From sequence record OY101132.1: DNA of 32,000 nucleotides; one strand, 5' to 3'. This document shows, in pieces, positions 26,976 to 32,000 of the stretch. The first letter of the stretch is position 1. Each line of letters opens with the position of its first letter. Position numbers and translations under genes: made by a program. Below the pieces are notes generated by a model. It was not told the DNA's origin. It did not search any database and worked only from the letters and a program-made list of their open reading frames with translations.

Positions 26976-29502
26976 GTGCGCCGTTGCGCTTGTTTTTCCG
27001 TTATGTATTCTAGTCAAATACATGTGAATTCGTTTTCTTTAAAGAAAGTCACAAGTCTTCTCTGGGTAGCAGTCGATAAAGATTGTGGAAAAGCACAGAG
27101 CGACAGCAAGTTGAGACTTAATATGAGAAAGTCAAGATTACTTGAGACGATTTTAAACATGGTTACGATAAGAAACTTGATACGCTTAGCTGGGACGTCA
27201 TTATCCTATTGGTTACCTCATATTTATAACCTTGTTGTCATGTGGTTTGGGTCATGCGTACAGGACTTAGATCAAGAAAACACTGACACGGCACTTCAAG
27301 AAGAAGTTTATAAAGCGCAAGAACCTAAATTTAAAAGACTTAAAAACCGGAAAAATTTAAGAACTACGGGATTTAACCTTTGTAATTGCTTATATCGTTA
27401 CGAAGGAAAACGGAGCGTTCATAGTACTTCTTGCATAAAGGAAGGGACGCAGACAAACACATCTTTTGCTGACTCTCGCCGGCTATTTACTAAAAAAGAT
27501 TCGCCCATAAATCTGGATGAGCGGGTTATGGTCACGGAGTTGAAACAAATGGTAGAAAAATGCAAGAATAGAGATGGTAGATATGGAAACCTAATTCAGA
27601 TTATTGGTTCTCTTTCAACTATCCAACTTGCTTATTTAATGGTTAAAAGTAATCCAGGTATATCTGCAAAAGGGATCGATAGTACAACTCTAGATGGTTT
27701 AAGTCTTCAATCACTACAAAAGATATCGCAAGATGTTCTTAGTGGTAAAATAAAATTTTCTCCTGTTAGACGAGTATGTATTCCAAAACCAGGCAAATCT
27801 GTTTTACGACCTCTCGGTGTTAGCAATCCACGTGAAAAAATAGTACAAAAAGCTGTGGAAATAGTTTTGACTGCTATTTTTGAAGAAGTGTTTTTAGATT
27901 GTAGTCACGGGTCTAGACCTGGTCGTAGCTGTCATACTGCTTTGAAACATCTACAGTTAAAAATCGGTAATGCTTCAACTTACTCTTGGGTAATAGAAGG
28001 GGATATTAAAGGTTGCTTCGATAATATCCAACATGATATGATCATAAAAGGGCTTAAGCGAAAAGTTGATTGCGTTAGTACACTCACCTTAGTTAAACGA
28101 ATCTTAAATGCTGGATATGTATTAGATGAAGATTTAAAGAAAATTGGCAAGAAAAATGCGAAAGTATATCGAACCAATAAAGGTCACCCACAAGGGATCG
28201 TCTTGAGTCCTTTATTTAGTAACATAGTACTACATGAGTTGGACGAATTTATCGAAGGAAAATTAAAAAGCGAGTATACTAAAGGTAAAAAACGAAAAGC
28301 TAATTTGGAGTATCGAAAACTTAGGTACCGGATTAAACGTGAAACTGACCTTAAAAAGCGGCGTGTTTTGATTAACGAATGCCTTAAAGTCCCGTCTAAG
28401 GATTTTTATGATCCTAACTTTAAAAGGTTATTTTATGTTAGATATGTCGATGATTGGGTTATTTTGATGACTGGGTCAATTAAAGAAGCTAAGGACGTAC
28501 GTGACTTAGTTTCAAAAAAACTCCAGAGTATAGGTTTAATCCTGAATTTGGAAAAGACTCATATTACTTCATTAAGAGGAAATAACGAATGTCATTTTCT
28601 TGGGATGGATTTCTTTATTCGAAAGAATACTGATAAACATCACAAGCCTGTTAGTTTAGTTAAAAAAAATACCACAATACGTCAAAGATTTGCGCCAAGG
28701 ATTATTCTACATGCCCCCATCTTGAAACTTCTCGTTAAGTTAAAAGATAAAGGCTTCGTAAAGAGAAACCACATGGGTGAGTTCTTTCCAATTGGGAAGA
28801 CTAATTGTGTGAATTTAACACACGCGCAAATTTTAAATTATTTTAACAGCCGTATACGAGGAATCCTTAATTATTATTGTTGTGTTCATAACAGAAATGA
28901 GTTATGGTCAATTGTTCGTTTTCTTAATTATTCCTGCGCTTTAACATTGGCACGGAAATTTAAATTAAAAACTTTAGCTAAAACTTTTAAAAAGTTTGGT
29001 CGTGATTTGAGCTTCGTGAATAAAAAGGGTAAGGTATTTAAAATTTACAGACCTGATAATTTAAGAATGCTACCAATGAACGAAAGATTTAAAATTAACG
29101 AAAACTATAACGTTGACGAGCTATTAAATCAGACATGGTCTAATAGCTTAACCCGTTCTCAATTTGATGAGCCTTGTGCCATCTGTGGGACACTTGACAA
29201 TATTGAAATTCATCATTTAAGGTCTGTAAAAGATGTTCGAGTGAAAACTAGAACATATGCACAATGGACCGGTGGCTTTTTAAGAAAGTCAATCCCTTTA
29301 TGTAAAAGTCACCATGTACAACTTCATGCAGGTAATTTATCACATGAGAATGTCAAACGGTTATCAATATATAAAGGTAAGATGCATAATAATAAAGGAA
29401 AAAATTAAATAGAAATATTTTTGTTTGTCGGAGAGCCGTATGATAGGAAACTATCACGTACGGTTCGGAGGGCAGTGTATCCCAATATACACTGACCCCT
29501 AC
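26976..29502 (+). mobile_element. cox1 intron 4, group II (2527 nt) with an RT-maturase-HNH ORF
   Basis: It starts GTGCGCC at 26976. Domain V is GAGCCGTATGATAGGAAACTATCACGTACGGTTC at about 29432-29465, followed by a domain VI hairpin. It ends ...CCCCTAC (AY) at 29502. The split Ala codon g|cg restores GMVY-A-MSSIGILGF. Confidence 0.92.
27528..29408 (+). CDS. group II intron reverse transcriptase / maturase (X) / HNH endonuclease
   Basis: RT motifs are present: KSNPGISAKGIDSTTLDG (RT0), RRVCIPKPGKSVLRPLGVSNPREKIVQKAV, GDIKGCFDNIQH, HPQGIVLSPLFSNIVLHELD, and YVRYVDDWVIL (YxDD). The X region is FNSRIRGILNYYCCVHN. The HNH/zinc region is CAICGT...IEIHHL...CKSHHVQLHAG. The frame is open upstream to 26976. 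The ATG at 27528 gives a typical 626-aa protein, and ATG 27123 is an alternative. Confidence 0.9.
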   Translation: MVTELKQMVEKCKNRDGRYGNLIQIIGSLSTIQLAYLMVKSNPGISAKGIDSTTLDGLSLQSLQKISQDVLSGKIKFSPVRRVCIPKPGKSVLRPLGVSNPREKIVQKAVEIVLTAIFEEVFLDCSHGSRPGRSCHTALKHLQLKIGNASTYSWVIEGDIKGCFDNIQHDMIIKGLKRKVDCVSTLTLVKRILNAGYVLDEDLKKIGKKNAKVYRTNKGHPQGIVLSPLFSNIVLHELDEFIEGKLKSEYTKGKKRKANLEYRKLRYRIKRETDLKKRRVLINECLKVPSKDFYDPNFKRLFYVRYVDDWVILMTGSIKEAKDVRDLVSKKLQSIGLILNLEKTHITSLRGNNECHFLGMDFFIRKNTDKHHKPVSLVKKNTTIRQRFAPRIILHAPILKLLVKLKDKGFVKRNHMGEFFPIGKTNCVNLTHAQILNYFNSRIRGILNYYCCVHNRNELWSIVRFLNYSCALTLARKFKLKTLAKTFKKFGRDLSFVNKKGKVFKIYRPDNLRMLPMNERFKINENYNVDELLNQTWSNSLTRSQFDEPCAICGTLDNIEIHHLRSVKDVRVKTRTYAQWTGGFLRKSIPLCKSHHVQLHAGNLSHENVKRLSIYKGKMHNNKGKN

Positions 29503-29543
29503 CGATGTCATCTATTGGTATATTAGGTTTTATAGTTTGGGCT
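29503..29543 (+). CDS. cox1: cox1 exon 5 (41-nt micro-exon)
   Basis: (A)MSSIGILGFIVWA. The 3' boundary is ambiguous by 1 nt (see findings). Confidence 0.85.
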
Positions 29544-31187
<1,644 letters not shown>

Positions 31188-31227
31188 GATTATTTTTGCT
31201 ATTTAATACAAATTCTTATAAAATCAA

Positions 31228-31986
31228 ATGGTTTACAGCCCTTTAGATCAATTTAAAATAGCTCCTCTCATCACTTTTCAAATTGCAGGTATTGATTTAT
31301 CTGTTACAAATTTTTTAGTTGCATCACTTTTAACACTTTTCGTTCTTCAAAGTTTTGTATTTTTAATTAAAGATCCAAGCACTAATTCATTCTTTATTAT
31401 TCCTAGTGGTTGGCAAAATTTAATTGAAAAAATTTACGGTCTTGTAAGTCAACTTTTATCTGACATTATTACAACTGGAAGTGAAAAATATTTTCCAGTA
31501 GCAATCGTATTATTTATGTTTATTTTATCTAATAACTTAATTGGTATGGTACCGTATAGTTTTACAACTACAAGTCATATTACTTTGACATTCTTTTTAT
31601 CATTCTCAATTTTTGTAGCGATGAATGTTATCGGTTTTCAAAAGCATGGACTAGAATTTTTTTCTTTATTCTTACCTGCTAATACTAGCTTTTTTCTAGC
31701 GTTGATTTTAGTTCCGATTGAGTTAATTTCATTTATTGCTAAACCTATTAGTTTAGGAGTGCGGTTGTTTATTAATTTAATGGCAGGTCATAGTTTATTA
31801 AAAGTTATTGTAGGTTTTTCTTGGAATATGTTGTTAGTTGAAAATTTAAAAGCAATTGCTTTTTTAGTACCACTTGCAGTGCTTGTAGTCTTAATGGGTT
31901 TAGAGTTAGGTGTTGCATTAATTCAAGCTTATGTGTTTATTACTTTAACAGCTATTTATTTAAATGATAGTGAAGCATTACACTAA
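31228..31986 (+). CDS. atp6: ATP synthase F0 subunit a
   Basis: The 252-aa ORF starts MVYSPLDQFKIAPL (SPLDQF start typical of ATP6) and contains PISLGVRLFINLMAGHSLLKV and ...LELGVALIQAYVFITLTAIYLNDS. Confidence 0.93.
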   Translation: MVYSPLDQFKIAPLITFQIAGIDLSVTNFLVASLLTLFVLQSFVFLIKDPSTNSFFIIPSGWQNLIEKIYGLVSQLLSDIITTGSEKYFPVAIVLFMFILSNNLIGMVPYSFTTTSHITLTFFLSFSIFVAMNVIGFQKHGLEFFSLFLPANTSFFLALILVPIELISFIAKPISLGVRLFINLMAGHSLLKVIVGFSWNMLLVENLKAIAFLVPLAVLVVLMGLELGVALIQAYVFITLTAIYLNDSEALH

Positions 31987-32000
31987 TATTTAAATTTATT

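Noticed and set aside
26976-29502. A reverse transcriptase plus HNH nuclease ORF could be read as a retron, DRT or other defence-type RT system.
   Set aside because: It sits between GUGCG and a textbook domain V/VI ending in AY, precisely interrupting a conserved cox1 codon. It is a mitochondrial group II intron, not a defence locus.

Overview
This window reads as an AT-rich mitochondrial genome segment. It is not a prokaryotic accessory region and contains no defence system. Gene content is cox2, nad5, rps10, nad2, cob, cox3, nad3, a nad11 C-terminal-domain ORF, nad6, rns, rnl, cox1, atp6 and tRNAs. This content, a multi-kb repeat region and heavy intron load suggest a stramenopile, possibly diatom-like, mitochondrion. 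That taxonomic call is inference from memory of such genomes, not a search result. Every gene from 1 to 17609 lies on the minus strand and every gene from 22704 onward lies on the plus strand. The two blocks diverge from a 5.1 kb non-coding region built of ~554/563-bp tandem repeats that switch to inverted orientation at 20700. All protein genes are intact under the code used for the ORF track, so there is no in-frame TGA and Trp is TGG. Seven introns are present. Five are group I (nad5, rnl, three clear plus one probable in cox1), each with a LAGLIDADG ORF. Two are group II: one in cox1 with an intact RT-X-HNH ORF, and one in rnl with an internally deleted ORF remnant. Points most worth a second look: (1) the modular, reassorted, partly inverted repeat array at the strand-switch point; (2) a ~160-codon in-frame insertion in nad2; (3) a nad11 ORF lacking the whole Fe-S domain; (4) an I-CreI-like rnl homing endonuclease with Tyr at the catalytic Asp position; (5) an RT-deleted group II intron in rnl alongside an intact one in cox1; (6) two degenerate tRNA-like elements. 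Splice junctions were placed by eye from protein or rRNA conservation plus the U(-1)/omega-G or GUGCG/AY rules, so they may be off by 1-3 nt.
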